DNA from: a virus
DNA: 15,661 nt
Strand: one strand, 5' to 3'
UHGV virus genome: UHGV-0232198
The notes below the pieces were generated by a model that was not told the DNA's origin, searched no databases, and worked only from the letters and a program-made list of their open reading frames with translations. Positions 6,762 to 15,661 of the stretch are shown here, one piece after another. How positions within the stretch are numbered: the first letter of the stretch is position 1; every line of letters begins with the position of its first letter. Made by a program: the position numbers and the translations under genes.

Positions 6762-7225
6762 GCAGAGTCACCGCGATTATCTCCGCTCTGGTTATCTGCA
6801 TCATCGTCTTCCTGTCATGGGCGGTTAATCATTACCGTGATAACGCCATGACCTACAAAGAGCAGCGCGATAAAAAAGTCAGTGAACTGAAGCAGGCGAC
6901 CGCCACCATTACTGACATGCAGCAGCGCCAGCGTACTGCTGATGCACTTGATGCTAAATACACGAAGGAGTTGGCTGATGCGAAAGCTGAAAATGATGCT
7001 CTTCGGCGCAAGCTTGATAATGGTGGCAGGGTGCTCGTCAAAGGAAAATGCCCTGTGCCATCCTCAGCCGAAACCTCCAGCGCCTCCGGCATGGGCAATG
7101 ATGCCACCGTCGAACTCTCTCCAGTTGCTGGACGAAACGTTCTCGATATCCGGGACGGAATTATCCGCGACCAAACAGCACTGAGAACGCTTCAGGAATA
7201 CATCAGGACGCAATGCCTTCGATGA
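6758..7225 (+). CDS. Rz: Spanin inner-membrane subunit Rz (i-spanin)
   Basis: 155 aa; N-terminal TM segment [30 protein letters not shown] is lambda-like, the C-terminal half differs from lambda Rz; ATGA overlap with R. Confidence 0.9.
   Translation: MSRVTAIISALVICIIVFLSWAVNHYRDNAMTYKEQRDKKVSELKQATATITDMQQRQRTADALDAKYTKELADAKAENDALRRKLDNGGRVLVKGKCPVPSSAETSSASGMGNDATVELSPVAGRNVLDIRDGIIRDQTALRTLQEYIRTQCLR
6978..7184 (+). CDS. Rz1: Spanin outer-membrane lipoprotein subunit Rz1 (o-spanin), nested in the +1 frame of Rz
   Basis: RBS AAGGAG at 6965-6970, ATG 6978; [19 protein letters not shown] has a signal peptide plus lipobox (VAGC); proline-rich [11 protein letters not shown]; entirely inside Rz in another frame, as in lambda. 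Confidence 0.75.
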   Translation: MRKLKMMLFGASLIMVAGCSSKENALCHPQPKPPAPPAWAMMPPSNSLQLLDETFSISGTELSATKQH

Positions 7226-7398
7226 TAGCGATAATTTTACTCATCATCCTTCACATCTGGCTCTGTAGACAGGGTGATGATCACTTCTGGAGTGAATCCA
7301 GATTAAACATCTCATTGCTGATGCTTGATATTGAGCATCTGGCGCGCGGTAAGGGGCTGCGTTGAGATAAGAGCCAGTCATTACAAATACCAGGATTT

Positions 7399-7423
7399 AG
7401 CCTCGCATTTGCGGGGCTTTTTT
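7399..7423 (+). terminator. Putative rho-independent terminator downstream of Rz
   Basis: 8-bp stem GCCTCGC.../...GCGGGGCT with one G-U wobble, 4-nt loop, followed by a T run (7418-7423). Confidence 0.45.
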
Positions 7424-7571
7424 ACATCTGCAGTAAACCGCGCATCGCAGCGCGTAACAATCCCGAGTCTTTCAGAAAGCTGAGCCTGAGAATTGCCGTA
7501 TATGGTGGCGACCATCTCGGGGACGGCTTTTCTGTGCGAACAGGCTCATCTTTCTAAAAGGTAAAGACGCA

Positions 7572-8114
7572 ATGAACTACCCAACCGTTGTTAACGATAT
7601 AGATTTCAGAGACCTAATTTTTGTAGCAAACAACGATCCGGTTACAGATTCTTTTATGGTGGCAAAAGCATTTGGAAAGCTGCCGAAGAACGTGGTTCGT
7701 GACATTGAACGAACCATAGAAGCTTGCCCTCCTGAGTTTGATACAAAGCTCAACTTTGAGCTTTGCTATAAAAACAATGAGTTACAGAATGGTAAGCCGC
7801 AAAAATTCTACCGTCTCCGCAAGGATGGGTTGATGCTTTTGGTTATGTCCTACACCAAAAAAGAAGCAATGCGTATCAAAATTGCTTACATCAACGCATT
7901 CAACTGGATGTACGCCATGCTTCAGGTTGGTCATCGTCAATTTGAAGAAGAGAGAAATGCCGTAATGCTGGAGTACATGAAAGAGAAGGATGTTGCCAGC
8001 ATGTCAGGCCGCCTGCTTAATCGCTGGGGAAAAATTAAGAAGCCTCAGCTACTGGCGAGAATTGAACGCCTTGAACAGCACGGGCAAACCGTAATCCCCG
8101 GACTCACCAATTAA
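7572..8114 (+). CDS. rha: Rha-family phage regulatory protein
   Basis: 180 aa; N-terminal region DLIFVANNDPVTDSFMVAKAFGKLPKNVVRDIERTIE...FYRLRKDGLMLLVMSYTKKEAMRIKIAYINAF resembles the Rha domain from memory; its position between lysis and packaging genes matches P22-like phages. Confidence 0.75.
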   Translation: MNYPTVVNDIDFRDLIFVANNDPVTDSFMVAKAFGKLPKNVVRDIERTIEACPPEFDTKLNFELCYKNNELQNGKPQKFYRLRKDGLMLLVMSYTKKEAMRIKIAYINAFNWMYAMLQVGHRQFEEERNAVMLEYMKEKDVASMSGRLLNRWGKIKKPQLLARIERLEQHGQTVIPGLTN

Positions 8115-8341
8115 CGGCAGTACAGCGAAACAACCCAAGCCAGAAAGTGGGGAAATAACACTGGCAGCCACTGAAAGATGAACCTCCTGCCTTATGGCAA
8201 AAAAGATTCTTTGTGGTGGCGGACTGATGGAAAGACATCGGTTATTGCAGAGGCCATTCAATGAGTGGTCTCGACAATGGCTTATACCCTACACGGGATA
8301 TATTAACTGATATCCCTTTTAACGGATAAACGGAGCCAACA

Positions 8342-8584
8342 ATGGCAGAGATTATTCCCATGACTGAAGAACAGAAATTCCAGTTAGAGATTTACAAACT
8401 GGTCATGAACCAGAACGCAGCCGCAGAGGAAGCATTTCAATTCATTGGCACTGACGAGCTGAAGCTTGAGCTATTCAAAATTCACTTCCAGTCAGGCGGC
8501 GCTAATTCAGATATCACGACCCGCACTATCGAAGCGGTGCGTAAATCGAAGGAAGCGTTAGACCTGTTCACTACCGGAGTGTAA
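8342..8584 (+). CDS. hypothetical small acidic protein (80 aa)
   Basis: RBS GGAG upstream; tightly spaced with the following ORF; no recognisable motif. Confidence 0.55.
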   Translation: MAEIIPMTEEQKFQLEIYKLVMNQNAAAEEAFQFIGTDELKLELFKIHFQSGGANSDITTRTIEAVRKSKEALDLFTTGV

Positions 8585-8587
8585 GAG

Positions 8588-8875
8588 ATGACTGAACAAG
8601 AAATGCCGAGATACCAGTGCCACAAAAAAGTTCGCGCCCTGAAGATTGGCTCTATAGAACATAAGCCAAACCCAGATCAGTCTGGTAAGACTGGCTCTTC
8701 TAGTTATGGGGCAATTATTCATCCGGATGATAAGAAATACGCAGCATTTGATGTTAGCGCGGAATATATCTGTAAGCACCGACCAATGTCTGGAGGCTAT
8801 TACGTTGTCTATGAGGATGGATATGAATCATATTCTCCTGCTGAGGTATTTGAGTCTGGATATTCAAAATTATAG
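8588..8875 (+). CDS. hypothetical protein (95 aa)
   Basis: RBS GGAG upstream; starts 3 nt after the preceding ORF; Tyr/Gly-rich C-terminus (GGYYVVYEDGYESY); function unknown. Confidence 0.55.
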   Translation: MTEQEMPRYQCHKKVRALKIGSIEHKPNPDQSGKTGSSSYGAIIHPDDKKYAAFDVSAEYICKHRPMSGGYYVVYEDGYESYSPAEVFESGYSKL

Positions 8876-8884
8876 GAATCCTCT

Positions 8885-9064
8885 ATGACAAGCGTCGTTG
8901 ATCTTGGTAAGGAGAAGAAATTCCCAATTACTCAAGAGCTATACAAGCGGCTGGAAAGCGTCATCCATGATTACGATGGTGAAATCAGTTTATGCGAGGC
9001 GATTGGCACACTTGAATTGCTGAAGCAGTCACTGATTGAAGGCGCGAAAGAGTCCTCAGCCTGA
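8885..9064 (+). CDS. hypothetical small protein (59 aa; below the ORF-track length cutoff)
   Basis: ATG 8885 with AGGAA 6 nt upstream; translation MTSVVDLGKEKKFPITQELYKRLESVIHDYDGEISLCEAIGTLELLKQSLIEGAKESSA; fills the gap before the terminase small subunit. Confidence 0.4.
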   Translation: MTSVVDLGKEKKFPITQELYKRLESVIHDYDGEISLCEAIGTLELLKQSLIEGAKESSA

Positions 9065-9081
9065 AATAACAACTAAGTGAG

Positions 9082-9576
9082 ATGAATATGGCAGCACCAA
9101 AGGGCAACCGATTTTGGGAGGCCCGCAGTAGTCATGGGCGAAATCCTAAATTCGAATCGCCCGAGGCGCTGTGGGCTGCTTGTTGTGAATACTTCGAGTG
9201 GGTTGAAGCTAACCCGCTATGGGAGATGAAGGCGTTCTCGTATCAGGGTGAAGTGATACAAGAGCCTATCGCCAAGATGCGAGCGATGACCATTACCGGC
9301 CTCACTCTGTTCATTGATGTGACGCTTGAAACATGGCGCACATATCGCCTGCGAGAAGATTTATCTGAAGTCGTTACGCGAGCAGAACAGGTCATCTACG
9401 ACCAGAAATTCTCTGGCGCAGCCGCTGACCTTCTCAACGCTAACATCATCGCCCGTGATTTGGGCCTCAAAGAGCAGTCGCAAGTTGAAGACGTGACACC
9501 TGATAAGGGAGATCGCGATAAGCGGCGCTCTCGTATCAAGGAGCTATTCAACCGTGGAACTGGACGCGATTCTTGA
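9082..9576 (+). CDS. Terminase small subunit (P22 gp3-like); an alternative start at ATG 9088 is possible
   Basis: Sequence from [50 protein letters not shown]... matches my recollection of P22 gp3; overlaps the terminase large subunit start. Confidence 0.9.
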   Translation: MNMAAPKGNRFWEARSSHGRNPKFESPEALWAACCEYFEWVEANPLWEMKAFSYQGEVIQEPIAKMRAMTITGLTLFIDVTLETWRTYRLREDLSEVVTRAEQVIYDQKFSGAAADLLNANIIARDLGLKEQSQVEDVTPDKGDRDKRRSRIKELFNRGTGRDS

Positions 9577-11053
9577 TAACCTGAGCGACGAAGAGCAAAT
9601 CGAATTGCTCGAGCTACTCGAAGAAGAAGAGAACTACCGGAACACACACCTGCTATATGAATTTACGCCATACAGCAAACAGCGTGAGTTCATCGACGCC
9701 GGGCATGACTATCCAGAGCGCTGTTTTATGGCTGGTAACCAGCTTGGTAAGTCATTTACTGGTGCTGCTGAAGTCGCGTTTCACCTTACCGGGCGTTATC
9801 CGGGAACAAAAGGCTATCCGGCTGATGGTAAATATGGCGGGGAGTGGAAAGGTAAGCGTTTCTATGAGCCTGTTGTCTTCTGGATTGGCGGCGAGACAAA
9901 CGAGACTGTAACCAAAACTACTCAACGCATCCTGTGCGGTCGTATCGAAGAGAATGACGAGCCAGGCTACGGTTCCATACCGAAAGAGGACATCATTAGC
10001 TGGAAGAAGTCTCCTTTCTTTCCGAACCTTGTTGATCATCTTCTGGTTAAGCATCACACGGCTGATGGCGTTGAAGATGGCATTTCAATCTGCTACTTCA
10101 AACCATACTCGCAAGGCCGTGCTCGCTGGCAGGGTGACACAATCCACGGCGTGTGGTTTGACGAAGAGCCACCATACAGCATTTATGGCGAAGGGCTTAC
10201 CCGTACCAACAAATACGGGCAATTCTCAATTCTGACGTTTACCCCGCTGATGGGGATGTCTGACGTTGTTACCAAGTTCCTGAAGAATCCCAGCAAGTCG
10301 CAGAAAGTGGTCAACATGACCATCTATGACGCTGAGCACTACACCGACGAGCAGAAAGAGCAAATCATTGCATCCTATCCCGAGCATGAGAGAGAGGCGC
10401 GTGCTCGCGGTATTCCTACGATGGGTAGCGGTCGAATCTTTCAGATACCGGAAGAGACGATTAAGTGTCAGCCGTTCGAGTGTCCTGATCACTTCTACGT
10501 AATTGGCGGGATGGATTTCGGATGGGATCACCCGCAGGCGCAGGTTCAGCTTTGGTGGGATAAAGACGCAGACGCAATCTACGTTTCACGCGTGTGGAAG
10601 GCGAAAGAAAAAACAGCCGTTCAGGCGTGGGGAGCCGTTAAATCATGGGCGCATAAAGTGCCAACTGCATGGCCTCATGACGGAAACCAGCATGAGAAGG
10701 GCGGCGGTGAGCAGCTCAAAGGGCAGTATGCAGACGCTGGATTTATGATGTTGCAGGAGCATGCGACATGGCCTGATGGCGGTAATGCTGTTGAGCCTGG
10801 AATCACTGAATTGCGCGACATGATGCTTGATGGTCGCTTCAAAGTATTCAACACCTGTGAGCCATTCTTTGAGGAGTTCCGCCTCTATCACCGTGATGAA
10901 AACGGGAAAATCGTCAAGCTTAACGACGACGTTCTCTCAGCCGTTCGCTATGCATACATGATGCGCCGCTTCGCAAAAATGATGCGCGACATCAAAAAAC
11001 CAAAAGAGAAAAAGATACCAGCCCCAATCAGGCCCATCGCACGGAGAACTTAA
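9554..11053 (+). CDS. Terminase large subunit (P22 gp2-like)
   Basis: 499 aa; Walker A-like [10 protein letters not shown] in the N-terminal ATPase region and a C-terminal nuclease domain; length and order match P22 gp2. Confidence 0.95.
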   Translation: MELDAILDNLSDEEQIELLELLEEEENYRNTHLLYEFTPYSKQREFIDAGHDYPERCFMAGNQLGKSFTGAAEVAFHLTGRYPGTKGYPADGKYGGEWKGKRFYEPVVFWIGGETNETVTKTTQRILCGRIEENDEPGYGSIPKEDIISWKKSPFFPNLVDHLLVKHHTADGVEDGISICYFKPYSQGRARWQGDTIHGVWFDEEPPYSIYGEGLTRTNKYGQFSILTFTPLMGMSDVVTKFLKNPSKSQKVVNMTIYDAEHYTDEQKEQIIASYPEHEREARARGIPTMGSGRIFQIPEETIKCQPFECPDHFYVIGGMDFGWDHPQAQVQLWWDKDADAIYVSRVWKAKEKTAVQAWGAVKSWAHKVPTAWPHDGNQHEKGGGEQLKGQYADAGFMMLQEHATWPDGGNAVEPGITELRDMMLDGRFKVFNTCEPFFEEFRLYHRDENGKIVKLNDDVLSAVRYAYMMRRFAKMMRDIKKPKEKKIPAPIRPIARRT

Positions 11054-13219
11054 ATGGCCGACGAAAACAGACTCAATTCCATTCTGTGTAAGTTTGACGC
11101 GGACTGGATGGCGAGCGATGAAGCCAGAACCGAGGCGACAAATGACCTGTATTTTAGCCGAGTGTCGCAATGGGATGACTGGCTATCAAACTACACGACC
11201 CTGCAATATCGCGGACAATTCGATGTTGTTCGCCCGGTGGTCAGGAAGCTGGTCGCAGAGATGCGCCGTAACCCTATCGACGTTCTCTTCAGACCAAAAG
11301 ACGGCGCTAATCCTGATGCTGCCGATGTGTTGATGGGAATGTATCGTACTGATATGCGCCATAACACGGCAAAGATTGCCGTTAACGTTGGCGTTCGTGA
11401 GCAGATAGAGTCCGGCGTTGGTGCATGGCGTCTGGTCACCCAGTACGAAGACAACGACCCAACAAGCAACAATCAGGTAATCAGACGCCTGCCAATCCAT
11501 GAAGCCTGCTCACACGTCATATGGGACGCCAATAGCAAGCAGATGGATAAGAGCGACGCTAAGCACTGCACGGTGATTAACGCTTTGTCACGCAATGGCT
11601 GGAAAGAGTTCGCAGAGGATTACGGTATTGATCCGGATGCCTTGCCATCTTTCCAGAATCCGAACGATACATGGCTGTTCCCTTGGGTATCGAATGATGT
11701 CGTCTACGTCGCTGAGTATTACGAGGTCGAAGAGAAGAAAGAGAAGGTATTCATCTACCGCGACCCGCTGACAGGTGAGCCGGTCAGCTATTACCAGCAG
11801 GATATCAAAGACGTCATCGACGACCTGGCTAATCGTGGATTCATTAAGGTAGCAGAGCGCAAGGTGAAGCGTCGGCGTGTGTATAAGTCGATCATCACCT
11901 GTACGCAGATACTGAAAGACCGCGAGAAGATAGCAGGAGAGCATATTCCAATCGTTCCAGTGTATGGTGAATGGTCATTCGCTGGTGACAAGGAGTGCTA
12001 CGAAGGAGTAGTAAGGCTGACGAAAGACGGTCAACGCCTTCGTAACATGATCATGTCGTTCAACGCCGATATTGTTGCTCGTTCACCGAAGAAGAAACCT
12101 ACCTTCTTCCCTGAGCAAATCGAAGGCTACGAATACATGTACGGTGGAAATGATGACTATCCGTACTATCTGCAGAACAGGACCGATGAAAACGGTAACG
12201 ACCTGCCGATTGGTCCAATCTCCTACATGGAAAACCCTGAAGTGCCGCAAGCCAACGCTTACATGCTTGAGGCTGCCACCAACGCAGTGAAAGAGGTGGC
12301 TAGTCTTGGCGTGGATGCGCAGGTAGCAAACTCTCAGGTCGCTTTCGATACCGTCAATCAACTGAACATGCGGGCAGATCTTGAGACATACGTGTTTCAG
12401 GATAACCTGGCTACCGCAATGCGACGTGATGGCGAGATTTATGCCTCAATGGTCAACGATATTTATGACGTTCCTCGTCATGTAACGCTGACACTTGAAG
12501 ATGGAAGCGAGAAAGACGTTCAACTCTATGCGCAAGTTGTCGATTACCAGTCCGGCAATGTGGTCACACTCAACGACATTCGCGGTCGCTATGAGTGCTA
12601 TACGGACGTTGGGCCATCCTTCCAGAGCATGAAGGAACAGAACCGCGCAGAGATTCAGGAGTTACTCACCAAGGTTCCGCAAGGTACTCCAGAGTTCCAG
12701 ATGCTGATGCTGCAATACTTCACGCTGCTTGACGGTAAAGGCGTCGAGATGATGCGAGAGTACGCGAACAAGCAACTGGTGATGATGGGGCTGAAGAAAC
12801 CAGAAACACCTGAAGAGATGGAGATGGTACAGCAGGCTCAACAGCAGCCGCAGCAGCCATCAGCAGAGCAAATTCAGGCGCAGGGTATCCTTCTGCAAGG
12901 TCAGGCTGAATTGCTCAAGGCAGAGAACCAACAGGCGCAGATTCAGGTTGAAGCTGCCAAGGTTGAAGCCCAAAACCAACTCAACGCCGCGAAGATTGCA
13001 GAAATCTTCAACAATATGGACCTCAACAAGCAGGCAGAACTGCTTGAGTACCTCAAGCTCGTAGGTCAATTCCAGCAACAGCGCAGCAAAGATGCTCGTG
13101 CTAACGCTGAGCTGCTTCTTAAAGATGCAGACCAGACTCATTCACAACGCATGGATTTCGCGAATCTTATGCGTCAAGTTCAAATCCCCTCCGGCGGAGT
13201 AGCCGAGACACCTCAATAA
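11054..13219 (+). CDS. Portal protein (P22 gp1-like)
   Basis: 721 aa; follows terL immediately (TAAATG); long Q-rich helical C-terminus typical of P22-type portals; close match to P22 gp1 from memory. Confidence 0.95.
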   Translation: MADENRLNSILCKFDADWMASDEARTEATNDLYFSRVSQWDDWLSNYTTLQYRGQFDVVRPVVRKLVAEMRRNPIDVLFRPKDGANPDAADVLMGMYRTDMRHNTAKIAVNVGVREQIESGVGAWRLVTQYEDNDPTSNNQVIRRLPIHEACSHVIWDANSKQMDKSDAKHCTVINALSRNGWKEFAEDYGIDPDALPSFQNPNDTWLFPWVSNDVVYVAEYYEVEEKKEKVFIYRDPLTGEPVSYYQQDIKDVIDDLANRGFIKVAERKVKRRRVYKSIITCTQILKDREKIAGEHIPIVPVYGEWSFAGDKECYEGVVRLTKDGQRLRNMIMSFNADIVARSPKKKPTFFPEQIEGYEYMYGGNDDYPYYLQNRTDENGNDLPIGPISYMENPEVPQANAYMLEAATNAVKEVASLGVDAQVANSQVAFDTVNQLNMRADLETYVFQDNLATAMRRDGEIYASMVNDIYDVPRHVTLTLEDGSEKDVQLYAQVVDYQSGNVVTLNDIRGRYECYTDVGPSFQSMKEQNRAEIQELLTKVPQGTPEFQMLMLQYFTLLDGKGVEMMREYANKQLVMMGLKKPETPEEMEMVQQAQQQPQQPSAEQIQAQGILLQGQAELLKAENQQAQIQVEAAKVEAQNQLNAAKIAEIFNNMDLNKQAELLEYLKLVGQFQQQRSKDARANAELLLKDADQTHSQRMDFANLMRQVQIPSGGVAETPQ

Positions 13220-13232
13220 GAGAGAGTTAATC

Positions 13233-14144
13233 ATGGACCAAACCACCGACATTCAGGCTTCTGAAGAATTAACCCTGCCCGGCAATCATGCAGCGGCATC
13301 TGCTGATGGCTTAGTTGTCGATAATGCCAACGACAACGCAGGTCAGGAAGAAGGCTTCGAGATTGTCCTGAAAGACGATGAGAAACCAAAACAAGACCCG
13401 GCAACTAATGCTGAATTTGCCCGTCGCCGCATCGAACGCAAACGCCAGCGTGAGCTTGAGCAGCAGATGGAAGCGGTTAAGCGTGGAGAGTTGCCGGAGC
13501 ACCTGCGGGTGAACCCTGAGTTACCAAAACAACCAGACCCTAACGATTATCTTTCCGAAGATGCACTGGCTAAGTACGACTATGACCAGAGCCGCGCACT
13601 GGCTGCCTTCCAGCAGGCAAACAGTGAATGGCAGATCAAGGCTATGGACGCACGAAGCCAGGCTGTCGCCGAGCAGGGTCGCAAAACTCAGGAGTTCACC
13701 CAGCAATCAGCGCAATACGTCGAGGCAGCCCGTAAGCACTACGACGCAGCGGAAAAGCTCAATATCCCTGACTATCAGGAGAAAGAGGATGCATTCATGC
13801 AACTGGTGCCGCCAGCAGTCGGTGCCGACATCATGCGCCTCTTCCCGGAGAAATCCGCCGCTCTCATGTATCACCTTGGTGCTAATCCTGAGAAAACACG
13901 CCAGTTGCTGGCGATGGACGGGCAATCCGCGCTGATTGAACTCACTCGACTGTCAGAACGTTTAACTCTCAAGCCTCGAGCCAAGCATGTTTCAGAAGCC
14001 CCGTTACCTGATGAGCCAATTCAGGGACACGCTGTTGCTGCAAATATCTCTGCGATTGAAAAGCAGATGGAAGCGGCAGCAAACAAAGGGGATGTAGAGA
14101 CATACCGCAAGCTCAAGGCGCAACTGAATAAAGGAATTCGATAA
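13233..14144 (+). CDS. Scaffolding protein (P22 gp8-like)
   Basis: 303 aa; acidic, helical; central [16 protein letters not shown] and C-terminal coat-binding helix region match P22 gp8 from memory. Confidence 0.9.
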   Translation: MDQTTDIQASEELTLPGNHAAASADGLVVDNANDNAGQEEGFEIVLKDDEKPKQDPATNAEFARRRIERKRQRELEQQMEAVKRGELPEHLRVNPELPKQPDPNDYLSEDALAKYDYDQSRALAAFQQANSEWQIKAMDARSQAVAEQGRKTQEFTQQSAQYVEAARKHYDAAEKLNIPDYQEKEDAFMQLVPPAVGADIMRLFPEKSAALMYHLGANPEKTRQLLAMDGQSALIELTRLSERLTLKPRAKHVSEAPLPDEPIQGHAVAANISAIEKQMEAAANKGDVETYRKLKAQLNKGIR

Positions 14145-15439
14145 TGGCATTAAATGAAGGTCAACTGGTCACGTATGCTCTGGATGAAATCATCGAAACC
14201 GTCCAGAACCTGACGCCAATGGCGTCCAAAGTGACAAAATACACCCCTCCGGCAGAATCCATGCAACGTTCAAGCAACACCGTGTGGATGCCTGTTGAGC
14301 AGGAAGCGCCAACTCAGACTGGCTGGGATTTAACTGGCAACGCAACCGGGATTCTGGAGCTGTCCGTGAAATGCAACATGGGCGATCCGGATAACGATTT
14401 CTTCGAGCTTCGTGCAGATGACCTGCGTGATGAGCGTTCTTACCGTCGCCGAATCCAGGCATCCGCCAAAAAACTGGCGAATAACATTGAGTCAGCGATT
14501 GCCAAACAGGCAACTGAAATGGGCTCGCTTGTTGTTCACGATACCCGCGCAATTGGTCCATCTACTGGCCTGTCTGGCTGGGATTTTGTGTCTGATGCAG
14601 AGCGCCTGATGTTCTCCCGTGAGCTAAACCGCGATATGGGCATCAGTTACTTCCTGAACCCGGACGATTACCGCAAAGCAGGCCGCAACCTGGTAGATGG
14701 TGACATCTTTGGGCGCGTTCCTGAAGACGCGTATCGCAACGGTACTATTCAGCGTCAGATTGCTGGCTTTGATGAAATTCTTCGCTCACCGAAACTTCCG
14801 GCAGTTACCAAGTCAACCGCTACTGGTGTAACTGTTTCTGGTGCGCAGAAGTTTAAGCCGCAGGCATACACCCTTGATACCGATGGTAACAAAGAGAACG
14901 TCGATAACCGTGTTGCAACGGTGACCGTATCCTCCACCACCGGATTTAAGCGCGGCGACAAAATCAGCTTCACTGGTGTGAAATTCCTGTCTCAGATGGC
15001 GAAGAACGTACTGACTGATGATGCGACTTTCTCAATCACTCGTGTGATCGATGGTACTCACATCGAAATCACGCCGAAGCCGATTGCGCTGGATGACGCG
15101 TCACTGACAAAAGAAGAGAAGGCTTACGCTAACGTAAACACCTCTCTTGCTGATACCACTCCGGTAAACGTTCTGAACGTGGCAACAACCACCGCTAACG
15201 TGTTCTGGGCTGATGACTCAATCCGCCTGCTGTCTCAGCCGATTCCGGTAACCCATGAACTGTTTGCTGGCATGAAAACTTCTTCCTTCAGCATTCCAGG
15301 TATTGGTGTTAACGGCATCTTCGCAACGCAGGGGGATATCAACACTCTGTCTGGCAAGTGCCGTATTGCTGTGTGGTATTCAGCATGTGCTGTACGACCA
15401 GAGGCAATTGGTGTTGGTCTGCCTAACCAGACCGCGTGA
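14144..15439 (+). CDS. Major capsid (coat) protein (P22 gp5-like)
   Basis: 431 aa; [10 protein letters not shown]...[13 protein letters not shown]...[13 protein letters not shown]... matches P22 coat protein from memory; 1-nt overlap with the scaffold stop. Confidence 0.95.
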   Translation: MALNEGQLVTYALDEIIETVQNLTPMASKVTKYTPPAESMQRSSNTVWMPVEQEAPTQTGWDLTGNATGILELSVKCNMGDPDNDFFELRADDLRDERSYRRRIQASAKKLANNIESAIAKQATEMGSLVVHDTRAIGPSTGLSGWDFVSDAERLMFSRELNRDMGISYFLNPDDYRKAGRNLVDGDIFGRVPEDAYRNGTIQRQIAGFDEILRSPKLPAVTKSTATGVTVSGAQKFKPQAYTLDTDGNKENVDNRVATVTVSSTTGFKRGDKISFTGVKFLSQMAKNVLTDDATFSITRVIDGTHIEITPKPIALDDASLTKEEKAYANVNTSLADTTPVNVLNVATTTANVFWADDSIRLLSQPIPVTHELFAGMKTSSFSIPGIGVNGIFATQGDINTLSGKCRIAVWYSACAVRPEAIGVGLPNQTA

Positions 15440-15446
15440 TAACCAG

Positions 15447-15469
15447 AGGGAGCTTCGGCTCCCTTTTTT
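15447..15469 (+). terminator. Rho-independent terminator after the coat gene
   Basis: GGGAGC stem (15448-15453), TTCG tetraloop, GCTCCC (15458-15463), then six T; lies 8 nt after the coat stop. Confidence 0.65.
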
Positions 15470-15483
15470 ATCTGGAGACAAGC

Positions 15484-15661
15484 ATGACACACATGATCTT
15501 TCGTCATGGCGACATGAAGAAGTGGAAAGGCGTTGGCTACGACTTTGAAATCGTGAAAGCCGAAGAGCTTCAGGAATATCTGGATGCTGGTTGGTTTTCA
15601 CATCCTGATGACCTTTTGAAGGATGTTGCAGAGCCAGAGCCAGAGCCAGAGCCAGAGCCAG
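15484..15661 (+). CDS. hypothetical small protein, 3'-partial (runs off the window edge into an (EP)n repeat)
   Basis: RBS GGAG at 15474-15477, ATG 15484; MTHMIFRHGDMKKWKGVGYDFEIVKAEELQEYLDAGWFSHPDDLLKDVAEPEPEPEPEP...; sits between coat and the expected downstream head-completion genes. Confidence 0.5.
   Translation, partial: MTHMIFRHGDMKKWKGVGYDFEIVKAEELQEYLDAGWFSHPDDLLKDVAEPEPEPEPEP
15631..15661 (+). repeat. Tandem hexanucleotide repeat (GAGCCA), at least 5 copies, truncated by the window end
   Basis: gagccagagccagagccagagccagagccag read directly; in frame it encodes alternating Glu-Pro. Confidence 0.9.

Noticed and set aside
6942-7184. Rz1 starting at the first ATG of the track ORF (6942)
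   Set aside because: The ATG at 6978 has a strong AAGGAG RBS and begins a typical lipoprotein signal peptide ([19 protein letters not shown]); the upstream extension has no RBS.
7226-7571. A bor-like lipoprotein gene on the minus strand downstream of Rz
   Set aside because: No minus-strand ORF of suitable size is present in this interval.
8049-8261. 70-aa minus-strand ORF overlapping the end of rha
   Set aside because: It is antisense to rha with no RBS; the intergenic part holds only very short frames.
9396-15601. Numerous minus-strand and alternate-frame ORFs of 60-125 aa within the terminase, portal, scaffold and coat genes
   Set aside because: All are shadows of strongly supported + strand structural genes; none has a convincing RBS or recognisable motif.
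1-15661. CRISPR array, integrase/att site, rRNA or tRNA
   Set aside because: No spaced direct repeats, no recombinase-like ORF and no structured RNA gene signatures were seen by eye; a formal scan was not possible.

Overview
All well-supported genes in this window lie on the + strand and together read as a mosaic lambdoid prophage, probably enterobacterial. In order: (1) the 3' part of an IS66-family insertion sequence (tnpC, cut by the window edge, right end near 1524); (2) an AT-rich trio of small ORFs of unknown function (1535-2338); (3) a lambda-type nin region (ninB, ninD, ninE, ninF, orf72, a DUF1364/YbcO-like Cys/His protein, rusA, ninH) ending in a lambda-type Q antiterminator with its PR' promoter and a tR'-like terminator; (4) an HNH homing-endonuclease gene in the Q-S late leader, the slot that carries stx in Stx phages; (5) a lambda-type lysis cassette S-R-Rz with Rz1 nested inside Rz; (6) a P22-type late region: rha, three small ORFs, terminase small and large subunits, portal, scaffold, coat, and the start of a small ORF that runs into an (EP)n hexanucleotide repeat at the window edge. 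I found no CRISPR array, tRNA or rRNA. I do not see a complete, clearly novel multi-gene system; the best candidates for uncharacterised biology are the small-ORF cassette at 1535-2338, the HNH insertion with its paired hairpin repeats, and the small ORFs at 8342-9064. All homology statements rest on visible motifs and my recollection of lambda, P22 and DLP12 proteins, not on a database search or computed alignment; GC content was judged by eye, not calculated.
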